From assembly GCF_006345805.1 (NCBI RefSeq), contig NC_043004.1, positions 72,354,001-72,418,000 of the forward strand: 64,000 bases of DNA, given 5' to 3'. The DNA is from Octopus sinensis. Its lineage: Eukaryota. The position numbers and the translations under genes were made by a program. The first letter of the stretch is position 1; each line of letters starts with the position of its first letter. Shown here piece by piece: positions 36,531 to 48,225 of the stretch. Under the pieces are notes generated by a model, which searched no databases, had not been told where the DNA came from, and saw nothing but the letters and a program-made list of their open reading frames with translations.

Positions 36531-36652
36531 AAATACGACCAGATCACGTTGAAATCACCGTTTCTCGACTGATCACCGAAGTTAAACAACGTCGAGCCTA
36601 GTTAGTACTTAGATGGGTGACTACTTGGGAAACCTAGGTGCGGTAAGCATTT
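36531..36652 (+). rRNA. 5S rRNA-like copy (probable pseudogene)
   Basis: TACGACCAGATCACGTTGAAATCACCG..TCTCG..GATCACCGAAGTTAA.CAACGTCG.GCC..GTTAGTACTT.GATGGGTGAC...TGGGAA.. matches metazoan 5S over about 120 nt. The 5' bases do not pair with the 3' end. Confidence 0.85.
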
Positions 36653-36660
36653 CGTTATAG

Positions 36661-36823
36661 GCACAGGAGTGGCTGTGTGGTAAGCAGCTTGTTTACCAAC
36701 TACATGGTTCCGGGTTCAGTCCCACTGCGTGGCACTTGGGTGTCTTCAGCTATAGCCTCGCACCGACCAAAGCCTTGAGTGGATTTGTTAGACGGAAAAG
36801 AAAGAAGCTTGTCGTATATCTAT
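36661..36823 (+). mobile_element. tRNA-derived SINE (second family), truncated
   Basis: GGAGTGGCTGTGTGGTAAGCAGCTTG...GGTTCAGTCCCACTGCGTGGCAC. Confidence 0.85.
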
Positions 36824-36937
36824 ATTCAGCGGAACACCTCTAGAGAACATTCTTTTCTTTGTAGTTTGATCGTAGGTGATCTAACTCTAGCATACGGCTG
36901 ACCACCTAGTGGTTTTTGCGCTTTGAATATACACATG

Positions 36938-36968
<31 letters not shown>

Positions 36969-37166
36969 CCATAAATTTGCATTATTTTTATCTGTCTGAA
37001 CGAAACAATCGTTGCATGAATCAATATTCGCTTATATACTTTACTTCTCCCATTTTTAACTAATTGTTGAAGTTTATGGATTTCTTTCCTACATCCACAA
37101 TACATCATATACATACATACATACACACACACACATACGCACGCACACACACACACACACACACAC

Positions 37167-37196
<30 letters not shown>

Positions 37197-37201
<5 letters not shown>

Positions 37202-37398
37202 ACAACTTATAAATATGGGCATACGAAAAAATTTCTAATGCAAATATGCCGAAATTGACATATTGTCCATAACAATATAATTTTTCACACAAAAAAATTA
37301 TATGTGAAAATATTATATGGTTACAGACAATATGCCCAATTTCGGCATATTTGGCATTAGGAATTTTTTCGTTTGCCCTTACTTATAAGTTGTTGATA
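37197..37398. mobile_element. About 200-bp foldback/MITE-like element
   Basis: TATCAACAACTTATAA/TTATAAGTTGTTGATA termini. Complementarity continues inward (ATATGCCGAAATTG/CAATTTCGGCATAT). Confidence 0.75.
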
Positions 37399-37521
37399 AA
37401 TTAACCTTTAAATGTATTTTTTAATATGCTGGCCATTGATAAGATTTATTTTCGAAAAAACCCATTTTATCCTACATGAAAGATATATATATATATATAT
37501 GTATGTATGTATGTATGTATG

Positions 37522-37556
<35 letters not shown>

Positions 37557-37586
37557 TGTATGTATGTATATATGTATGTATGTATG

Positions 37587-37620
<34 letters not shown>

Positions 37621-37940
37621 TATATGTATGTCTGCATGCATGTATACCGAATGGTAAATACGTGCTGTACATTTCTATTGTTTTTAACTTGTTTCTTTTT
37701 TCTTATTTTCTTTTTTTCACTCTACTTTGGTAATGAGTTCACCTGAAACGTCAGTTTCTTTTCCTTACTAATTTTACGGCGTGCAATCACTACGTACAAG
37801 TTCTTATGATATTTTTTCACATGTTTTCACAAATTTATACACCACTTTTTAAATTTTTATCAAACTTATGTAAGTTTCACGCTGTCCAACTGTCTGTTTC
37901 TTTCACATCTGTGGCAGTCATGCTGTTTCACCTAAGTGTA

Positions 37941-37971
<31 letters not shown>

Positions 37972-38362
37972 GTTTATATATGTTATAAATGTACGTATAT
38001 TTATGTATATATGTATGTATATGCATGTATATATATTATATGTATTTATATATATATAAATATAGATAGATGTATATATATATGTATCAATATGTTTATA
38101 CACATACATCTCTATATACTATAGATAGATAGATGGATATATGCATATATATATATATGTGCGTATATAAAACTATAATAGTGATTATATATAGTTAAAT
38201 TATATTATTATATTATGTTGGGGAAGGGCATTCCTATCCCTTTCTATAATTATAAAATTTGTATATATCGTTATTAATTTTAGTATAATCTAACCACGAG
38301 GTTTTATCGCATGCTGGCCACTTGATATTATCATTTACATTTTATCCTTGTTTATATAAAGA

Positions 38363-38411
<49 letters not shown>

Positions 38412-38925
38412 TGTATGTATGTATGTATGTATATATGTATGTATGTATGTATAGTCCAAATTTAGAGAAAAACAAAAGACGAGGACAGGTGTAGGAGCAA
38501 CAAGCAGGTGTAATAGTTTGACGCTCGGGAAAAGTGGAAAAGTCTTTTACGTTCGAGCCTACGCTCTTAGACAAAAAGTAAAAAGTGAGAAAAAATGGAG
38601 AAAGAATGAATAAAAGGGAAAGATAAAGAAGTATTGTAGAGTTACTCTAGCTCTTGGATATCTAAACTCAGTAATTGGAACATTAGGAAAAACCGAAAGT
38701 CCATTCGAGTAGAAGTTTCGAGATGCACATGCATTTCGTACGTTTCATCATTGTGTTATTTGCGTATATAGGGACAAATAATATGAATCACATCAAATAT
38801 TTATTATAGTTTTAGCATATTTTTAATGTATCTTATATTGTGTTTGTCGACCGGTTTCGCTTTCGCTAAACTGGACATTAACATTTATTTAAATACGTAT
38901 TTTCCAAAGAAAATTTTTTGTACTC

Positions 38926-39112
38926 GTTGTTTGTGGAGTATATGAATGAATGATTCAACAAGGAGAAAACTATAAGGTGATGTAATTGGCTATCGTTATT
39001 ATTGTGGACAGGTGAGATAATTGTTCATCCCGCCTATCCACAATAATAACGATAACATCCCTTAGACTTATCTACCTGTTGAATCATTCATTCATATACT
39101 CCACACACAACA
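38926..39112. mobile_element. About 190-bp foldback element
   Basis: GTGGAGTATATGAATGAATGATTCAACA/TGTTGAATCATTCATTCATATACTCCAC and TATCGTTATTATTGTGGA/TCCACAATAATAACGATA. Confidence 0.8.
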
Positions 39113-39134
39113 TGGACAAAGAAATATGGGTGTA

Positions 39135-39190
<56 letters not shown>

Positions 39191-39207
39191 ATATATAAAG
39201 AGAGAGA

Positions 39208-39256
<49 letters not shown>

Positions 39257-39257
39257 G

Positions 39258-39288
<31 letters not shown>

Positions 39289-40765
39289 GAAATAAAGAGA
39301 GAGAGAGAAAGATAGAGAGAGAGAGAGAAAGAGAGAGATGCATGTGTATATGTATGTATGTTTGTATGTTTGTTTGTTGTTTGAATGCCTGTATGGATGG
39401 AAGGATGGAGTTTATGGAGAATGAGGGATGCACGGATATGTGAGGGCGCATATCCTTGTGGATAGAGTGATGCTCTAACAAGCGCGAAATCGTGGTTTCA
39501 GTTCCTAGACAGGATGGTGCGTTGTGATCCAATGAAAGTTACTTCATCTGGCGTTGTTGCCCAGCAATCCCTTCAACTCCTGACCTGTGGTACACCGTGC
39601 ACCTATTCAGGCAACATCGGTTTTGATTGAGGGAGTATGCTAATGGACAGCATAAGCATTTCATCTCTATACACAAAACATTTGTGCTGGTTATCCAACA
39701 AGAAATTGCAGGACTGTCTTTCTCGGATTATGAGAGTCTGCTACCATCATCAGTAGCGGACTGGCCAGGTTGCCAGCTTGCCCGATGGCAAGTGGGCCCC
39801 TGCGCCATTACAATCCATATATGAGGACCCATGTTAGTATCTAAGGGGCCCATTCCCTCAAGTTTGAGAGTTTATATTCACCCCTGGAAGAATGCATTAA
39901 TTTTTTCAACCTCGATGTATTTGTAGGCAGTTGAAAAGAATACTTTTAATACAAAAGAGAAAGATAATAATAATAATCATAGTATTGTAGTTCCGGGAGG
40001 GCTCCCTTAGTCACATGGTGACCAGTATTTTCAGACCCAATGTGCCACTGACTATCCCGATGTATGTATGTATGTATGTATGTATGTATGTATGTATGTA
40101 TGTATGTATGTATGTATGTATGCATGTATGTATGTATGTGTGTATGTATGTATGTTGTTTGTTTGTTTTTTGTATGTATGTAGGTATGTTTGTATGTATG
40201 TATCTATGTATGTATGTATTAAGAATTGCGGCTCGTTGAGTGCACAGGACTCAACTAGTTTATCCTCACACTTGGTGCGCTGGTATCGAGAGTGTTCAAC
40301 AGAATATTTGCACATTTGTTTCAAGAGTTCCATATTGAGAAACAGAGGAGGACAGCGTGTTCATATTTGTGTGTGTGTGTGTGTATAATCACATACAAAT
40401 TTCTTTATTATTATTTTTGTCAGAATTAAAATGACTGAAACAGATTTATAAACTTATAAACTTATTTTGAAATAAATATATTGCATCTTATTTCGTTTTT
40501 TTATGGGTTAATTCTAAATTGATTCCTTTCTTTTTCTTTTTCAAAAGAACCATGATTCGTTATTATGCTCTCCCTTGGATAGAGCACTCTTCAATTACAG
40601 CTTATGAAAGTTAAAATAAGAAAAAACAAAGGATTTATCTAACGAAAAAGACTATCGGAGCCTGAGGATCGGTAGGAAAGGCAGATCTCTAAAGTTATAG
40701 CTCGATATTTCATGTGCAAGCCTTGGAAGTGTGCGTGTGTAATATATGTATTACACGCACACACA

Positions 40766-40860
40766 TATTCTATCGGTCTCTTTTACCGAACCGCTAAGTT
40801 ATGGGGACTTAAGCACACCACCATCTGTTGTCAAGCGATGTTGGACAAACACACACACAC

Positions 40861-40915
<55 letters not shown>

Positions 40916-41045
40916 CGACGCCTTCTTTTAGTTTCCGTCTACCAAATCACTCACAGGGCTTGGTTTGCTCGAGGAAATAGTAGTAGACACTTGCCCAAAT
41001 TGCCATGTGGTTGGTAAGAAAGCTACTTACCACACAGCCACTCCT
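40766..41045 (-). mobile_element. tRNA-derived SINE (second family)
   Basis: Homologous to 7250-7770, with internal (AT)n. Confidence 0.8.
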
Positions 41046-41281
41046 ACACACACACGCACACACAAAGTCACACACACACACACACGCACATACATATATA
41101 TATAGAGAGAGAGACAACTTTTAGACATTATATTATGCTAACTCATTTATTTATTTACTAGACAGATAATTACAATAATATACATACATGTAACATATTT
41201 GCTTTACATATAAGATATAAAATATAGTAATATATACGCATACCAGTAATTATTAGAAAATAACAAACATGAATTTGGAAA

Positions 41282-41410
41282 ATAACTTACAGCTGTTTCA
41301 ACCAAGAAATAAACATACCTCATTCTACCTTTATTACTCAAGTGGAGTGAAGTAAGTGGTAGATGAAAATGAGGTACTTGAGTATATCTCTAGGCTTCGT
41401 CAGAGATTAT
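41282..41410 (-). ncRNA. Type I hammerhead with a long branched helix II
   Basis: ATAATCT-CTGACGA-AGCCTAGAGA...(TACTCAAGT/ACTTGAGTA; ACCTCATT/AATGAGGT)...TTTCTTGGTT-GAAAC-AGCT-GTA-AGTTAT. Confidence 0.7.
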
Positions 41411-42005
41411 AAAGTACATAATGTTAAGTTATAAATAAATATAAATATAAATATAAATAAATAAAATATACCCACATTTGAATACTTATATACATATAGA
41501 TATACATATACACACATATATAGATATACATAAATACCTTTATATATACTGAAATATACATACATATTTACATTTATAAGCATCTGCAATAATCAGCTAT
41601 TACTAATTGTATCAATATTAGATGAATTCTGTTATTCACATATATATAATATAGAATATAGAATATAATACATATATATTTTTCCATTTAAACATACTAA
41701 TATGTACATACGTATTATAGGATAATTCGCAGACAAATTTATATTATATATATAGAAGGAAACGTGGTAAGCTTTCTTCTCCGTTGTTTATTATTGCAGT
41801 AGTTTAAATCTTGCGGGAAGTGGGGAGGGATTATTTTTAATCATTTACTTAATCTAACTGGTTATCAATTTTTAAAAATTACTTTGTCTCAATTACGGTT
41901 GGTTAATTGATAAGCAATGAAATATAACAAATTGTAAACAGAACAAAAGCGGTTGAAAATATGAATTCATATGTATGTATATATATATTGCATATTCATA
42001 AATAC

Positions 42006-42081
<76 letters not shown>

Positions 42082-43299
42082 ATATATTATATATATATAT
42101 ATGTGTGTGTGTGTGTACTTTATTTAAAAGCAGCAGAAATGTAGAAAAGCTGTTACTCGGAGTTTCACGTTCCCGTTCGTCGGACAGTTTTGTTAAAATA
42201 TAACCGAGATAACAATTTGATCAAAACTAGCTAAACGATATACCTTTCAAAAATGGATTTGTTTCGTTGGTCCTTTCAAATAATGGTCATAGGCGAGCGA
42301 TAAACAAAATAAACAAACAAAATAAATGAGTTCAAATAAATTTTAAAAAGTCGGGGAAAAACCTTAAATCGAAGTGTTGATTCAAATACATATTGTCATT
42401 AATTATGTAGAAAATATAATTCGATTAATACAATTAATACATAAAATTTGAAATTAAAATATATTAAAATATTTAACAACAGTATATACTCATACTAAAC
42501 CGTCAATATACATGCATATATCAAAATACACAGATAGATGTGCACAGATAACATACATACATATACAGACATATAAATGCAAAACGAAAATATACACACA
42601 AATATATGTACACATATGTATACGCAATCTTGCTCACTTGCAAAAATCACTTGGTGTATACATATAGACTAGAAGTAAAACGCAGAGAGGAGGAAGAAAA
42701 GAAAATGTAACGATCTTATAAGGAACAGAAAGCTAAAGACGTGAGTAAGAGAAGGGGAGACGGACGTAAAGTTACAGGACTCTATACAAGTAACGAATAG
42801 GGAGAGAAAAAATAACGAAAGAAAGGAAGAAAGAAAAAAAGAAAAAAGAAAAATGTCTGACTATGTGTAACGAGTATTCACAAAATAAAATTACGTATAC
42901 ATGTGTATATAAAAGTCTATTTATGCAGTAAATACACATATAAGAACACATATATATATAGAGGCAAGTATGTAAAAACACATCCACACAAATCCAAGTG
43001 AATAGATGCACACAAATACATCCATGTATGTATGTGCATAAGTACAAACATACACGCTCACTTACACATATACTTACAAATACATATGCATGCCAATACA
43101 AATATTCACATAAAAACATGTCTAGGATGTGACGTATACAAAACATTATCTTTTTAAAAATTGCTGAGTGCATAATAATACAAATTTTAGATAAAAGACA
43201 TGCAAAATATAACACCCTATATTGAATTATCCATAAATTAAACGACCAAAGTGGGTTTATAAAATACAATAAAAGTAAATGAAATAAGTCGAAGGTTTT

Positions 43300-43870
43300 T
43301 CTTAAGAAATATATCGAAATATATCAAAAACTTTGCGATGCGGAATAAAACCTGCATAATACAAAACAAATTCAACAGTGTGATCAAAAACTTGTGCAAG
43401 AATCAAAAACTCAAAGAACAAAAATATACGCTCTCCATATCGGATATTGATATTTGACATTTTGAATTTAGTTGCGTGTCTGCATGAATTCAATAGTTCG
43501 TTTCTTTGATTCAAAGAATTAATGTCTTGGAATAAAATAAAATATTTCTCTAGCAAACACAGGTCGCACTTGAAATTCCTTATATGTGCATCTGCCTGTA
43601 TGGTGCCGCTCTATCTAAAATACTCCATGACACGTTGAAAGGTCAGGCTTGTTTTTCTTTTAATTCCCATATATATTTCGCCAGGCTAGTCTTCGTCTTA
43701 TTTTCTAGGTACCGAAAGGAATTTTTGTGCGAATAAAATCGGGTTGTAAAAGAATTTTCAGAAGCCCCTGTATAAGTCCTATATTCAGGTGAGCCTTCCA
43801 TTTGCACCTAGGATCTCTATACGATTCCTTTTTCCAAACATTTCCTTTCAAACGGACAGGAGGATCTATC
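43300..43870 (-). mobile_element. Penelope-like GIY-YIG 3' fragment
   Basis: CPFERKCLEKGIVY..YTGASENSFTTRFYSHKNSF..SLAKYIWELK..CDLCLLEKYFI..NQRNELLNSCRH. Confidence 0.88.
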
Positions 43871-43910
43871 TTTGTAATTACATTTTTAAAGAGGATCGGC
43901 ACTATGCTTA

Positions 43911-44150
43911 TCTTTATATATATATAAAACTGAGAATGTCTGTCTGTGTGTTTTCCCCTAAAACTTGAGAACTACACAAGCAATTTCATTCAAATTTTAC
44001 ACATGCTTTACTTAGGGTCCATGTAGTGTCATGGGCAAAAAAATGTTCAACTTCTTGCCTAGAGCGAGCCCATAGCAATATCATATCTTCTCCACTATTT
44101 CAGTATTACGTGTTAAAAGTGAAACAAAAACGTTTCAGATACTTTCACTT
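43911..44150 (+). mobile_element. Possible Helitron-type non-autonomous 5' end
   Basis: A|TCTTTATATATATAAAA followed by (TGTC)n. No matching 3' CTRR end was found. Confidence 0.4.
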
Positions 44151-44489
44151 TAACAATAAAAATAATAACAATTGAATTATATGTAGTAAGTAATAATTAA
44201 AATCAAACTAAAGTATAATATAATCGTAACATAACAAAAGTAAAAATAGCAATTGGTATAAAATTGCATCAATGACTTGAACTTGAATAAGTGGTTTCAC
44301 ATGAATGGGAATAAAAAAATAAAATTAGCGTGCAGAAATGGAATAGTCCAGATAGATAATAAAAAATTAAATTAAAGAAAAGACTATTGTCTATAAAGTA
44401 TACAATGTAGAGAAAAAAGGTCGCGTTTTTTTGCGCTCTGTAAAATTCGGTTAAAAAAGAAAAAAGAACAAAAAGTAAATTGTGGTTGC

Positions 44490-46068
44490 GGAATTGGAAC
44501 GTCGGTTGGTGCGGTTTCGCGTCGCACTGGTTCTGTGCGTCGCACGTTTTCTGTTCGGGAGGCCGTTTTTCGGTCTGAGGCGACTATGAGCCGCCTCTAC
44601 CAAACGGATGAGATGGAAGGGAGAAATTTCTCTGAAAATTCGTCGACATCTGAGGAGGAGTTGGCGGTGAAAAAAATGGAAAGCACCCACGCAGGTATAA
44701 CGAAGAAGTCAACAGAAAAAGAGATAGACCTGGCTAAGTTGACGGACTTTCAGGAGTTCATGAAGGAGGAGGAGGACGGAGAGGTTGAGCTGTTGCCTCT
44801 AGCAGGGCGCGGAGACCGGTTCCATCGTAGAACCATTAAATATAAAGTATTTATGAATGGAGGTAGAAAAATGGAAGTGATTAACATGGAAGCAATTGAA
44901 GAGGCTTTCAACAGACAGGAGAGAAATTGTGTACATGACAAAAGGATTAGAATATGGAACCATAACGGTACAATTTAAAAGTGAGAAAGCAGCCAGGAAT
45001 ATAGCAGCCAAGGTGGTGAGTACAGAAAAGTTTTACTTGTTCCCTTCGTATTTGAATAGAAGGACCACCAGAATTAGGGTGGAAGGAATACCTCCACACC
45101 TAGAGGGCGAATTAATAACGGCTGCGGTTATCAAGGAAATGAAGATAAAGTGGACATCCTCCACGCCATTATGAAATATGAAGGCGTGTGAGGTGCCACA
45201 CTAGTAATGAACATACAGACGGAGGCGGAAGTTATAGAAAAGCTTACGGACAGTATAAAAACTGGAAATATTATTATGAGAGTGTGGGTGGAGGGTAGGG
45301 CGCCCAGGTGCTACAAGTGTGGCCTGAGGGGTCACATAAGAGCCTACTGCCCTCCCCCACCAAAGAAAAAGAAAAGGAAATCGTCGCGGAAGCCCCAAAA
45401 GAGGAAGAAACCAAAGAGAACCAAAGGGAAAAAGAAACGACAGAAGAAGAGGAGATGTAACAAGAGTGGGAGAAGGAAGAAAAAAAAGAGAAAAAGAAAG
45501 AAAAAGAAAACTGTGCGAAGCCCCAACCCACCCCAACACCACCCGCACCCTCTGAATCCCACCCTACCCCTGCAGACAGTGAACCCACCCGCTCCCCTCC
45601 AACAAGAAAACAAAAGAAAAATAAATACAGACAGACATGAGTTTGAAAACGAACCAGGCCGAACATTTATATTGTGACTGAACAGAAAGAGGTTGAAAGG
45701 GTAATGGAGGAGTATGAATGGTATGAAATGGATGGGACCAGATATGCAGTGCTGGAAAAGAAGAATATAGATGAGTTTGTGTTGAGGTGTGAAAGGGAGA
45801 ATTGGAGGTGAAAGATACAAGAATGAGCGATGAATTCGTGGAATATATGGAGGACAGTTTCGGAGTAAGAATGGATATGGATGGTCTTCGTATTGGAATG
45901 AACATTCAGGTGACAGTGAAAACAAAAGGACAGGTAAGTGATGCTGGCGGAGGGGGCCGTTAGCATCGCTTTCATATTATCATTTTTCATTTTCATTTGC
46001 TCATAATTTAATCATATTGTTCTATGTCCCCCATGTTTTTGTTATGTCCGCCATTCTTCGTAGCCCCT
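44490..46068 (+). mobile_element. Tx1-like element A: ORF1 (gag-like, CCHC) only
   Basis: YGT.TVQFKSEKAA..FPSYLNRRTTRIRVEGIPP..VWVEGRAPRCYKCGLRGHIRAYCP. No APE or RT before the 3' end ...TAGCCCCT. Confidence 0.8.
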
Positions 46069-48225
46069 AACATGGAGGAAAGCTACGTGTGTTGTTATCT
46101 GTGACTAGACGGTGGAATTTTTTCTGTGTAAATTGATTTGATATCGCGCGAGGCGTTTGCCTCCACGTGTGGAAACCTTCCGAAGAAGGTGAATTGACCC
46201 TCTAGTCATGGCGACTTACGCGGTGGTCACCGGGAAAAATAACGATTCGTCGATAATCATAAAGGAGGTTTTCTTTGAGAAGGATAAACTCAAAGAATAT
46301 AAAAGCTCTTCAAAAGGGAGGGTGATAGCGTGAAGCTAATCCCCCCCGCGAAAGCAAAAGAGGATAAAGAAAGCAAGACAGTGACATACAGAACCCAAGA
46401 CAAAAATACGAAGAAAAACTGGCAAGAGTGGAGATAGTCGAAATTGAAAAATGTCTGGGAGACATAATGGGGAAAATAACCTACGTGAGTAGAGGCAAAA
46501 AATTGGTACGGTGGAGGTGAGATGTGCAACGGAAGAAATTGCGGCCTCACTGGCTACCACCGTACTAAGAGCCGAAAAATTCACAATGTGGCCCTCATAC
46601 AAGGGAAGAAGAGGGGTCCGGGTTAAAATCCCGAATATACCCCTAGAAGTGAAAACAGAATGGCTGGCAACAGCTATTCTAGGAGCAGCAGAAGAGGAAG
46701 TGGAGGTGGAATCTATTAAGGAGTCCAACGCGGTAAACTGGAGAGGATATGGGGTAGAACTGTGGTTGATGGCCACAAAAGAGGATATTGAAAGGTTCCC
46801 CTACAGAATTGAAATTGAAGAGGAAAAAACCCTCAGTGTAATTGTAGAGGGAGAAAACCAAACTGTTACTTGTGTGGGACAAGGGGGCACATTAAAAAGA
46901 GTGCCCGTTATACGAATTCGTAGCGGAGTGCGAGCAAGAACTTGAAGAAAAGAAGAATACTGTAAATGAGAAAGAAAACATAGAAAAGGAAACAAAACAA
47001 CAAGAGAAAGGAAAATAAGTCAATGAAGGAAAAAGAAATAAAAGAAAAGAAAGAAATAGAACCAAAACAGAGTCAGGAAAGAAAAAAGGAAAAAGAAACA
47101 ACAGGAAAAAAACAAGAGAGAGATCAGAATCAAAGGAAAAGAAAAGACGACACACAAAAGGAAAAAGAAAAGGAACATAAAACACGAGAGAAAGAGAGAA
47201 CAGACAAAGAAACAAAAAGACAAGAGAAGGAAGGAGGAAGAAAAGAAGGCAAAAAGAGAGAAAGAGAGAAACAAAGAGAGGAGAACAAGGAAGAAATAAG
47301 CCCGAAAAGGAAAATGAAGGAAAACGTAGGACGGAAACAAGATTACTACTACTACAAGTTAGTAACCTTCCATTTCTGCCCTGAAATGAAAGACTTGACA
47401 TGTAATACGGAGGGACATATATGGGTCAACAGGATGACCGATCAGTGGCAGGAGACTGCTCTAATCCCCGAAGAAAGAGCCGGTGAGTTCCTCAGAGCTG
47501 CCGGAGAGAGTGTAATATTTTACACGAAGGTTCGAGTGAGAGAGCGGCCGCCTGAGGGCTCAGTGATGGACTTTAGAGAAGTGAAAACTATTATAGAATA
47601 TGTGTAGAATTGTGAGAAGAAAAAAAAAAGAAAAAGAGAAAAAGAAAGAAAAAGAAAACTGTGCGAAGCCCCAACCCACCCCAACACCACCCGCACCCTC
47701 TGAATCCCACCCTACCCCTGCAGACAGTGAACCCACCCGCTCCCCTCCAACAAGAAAACAAAAGAAAAATAATATACAGACAGACATGAGTTTGAAAACG
47801 AACCAGGCCGAACATTTATATTGTGACTGAACAGAAAGAGGTTGAAAGGGTAATGGAGGAGTATGAATGGTATGTATGAAATGGATGGGACCAGATATGC
47901 AGTGCTGGAAAAAGAATAAATATAGATGAGTTTGTGTTGAGGTGTGAAAGGGAGAATTGGGAGGTGAAAGATACAAGAATGAGCGATGAATTCGTGGAAT
48001 ATATGGAGGACAGTTTCGGAGTAAGAATGGATATGGATGGTCTTCGTATTGGGAATGAACATTCAGGTGACAGTGAAAACAAAAGGACAGGTAAGTGATG
48101 CTGGCGGAGGGGGCCGTTAGCATCGCTTTCATATTATCATTTTTCATTTTCATTTGCTCATAAATTTAATCATATTGTTCTATGTCCCCCATGTTTTGTT
48201 ATGTCCGCCATTCTTCGTAGCCCCT
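46069..48225 (+). mobile_element. Tx1-like element B copy 1 (ORF1 only), fused to a duplicate of element A's 3' part (47620-48225)
   Basis: GTVEVRCATEEIAA..WPSYKGRRGVRVKIPNIP..VIVEG.K.NCYLCGTRGHIKK, followed by a K/E-rich tract. Confidence 0.8.

Noticed and set aside
39751-40035. CAGTAGCGGACTGGCC hAT-like terminus
   Set aside because: No convincing second TIR or 8-bp TSD was found.
42160-42195. CCGACGA...GAAACTCCGAG motif (similar GAAACTCCGA at about 13468; GAACGTA at about 38545)
   Set aside because: Lacks the NUH cleavage triplet or an intact CUGA box, so it is not called a hammerhead.
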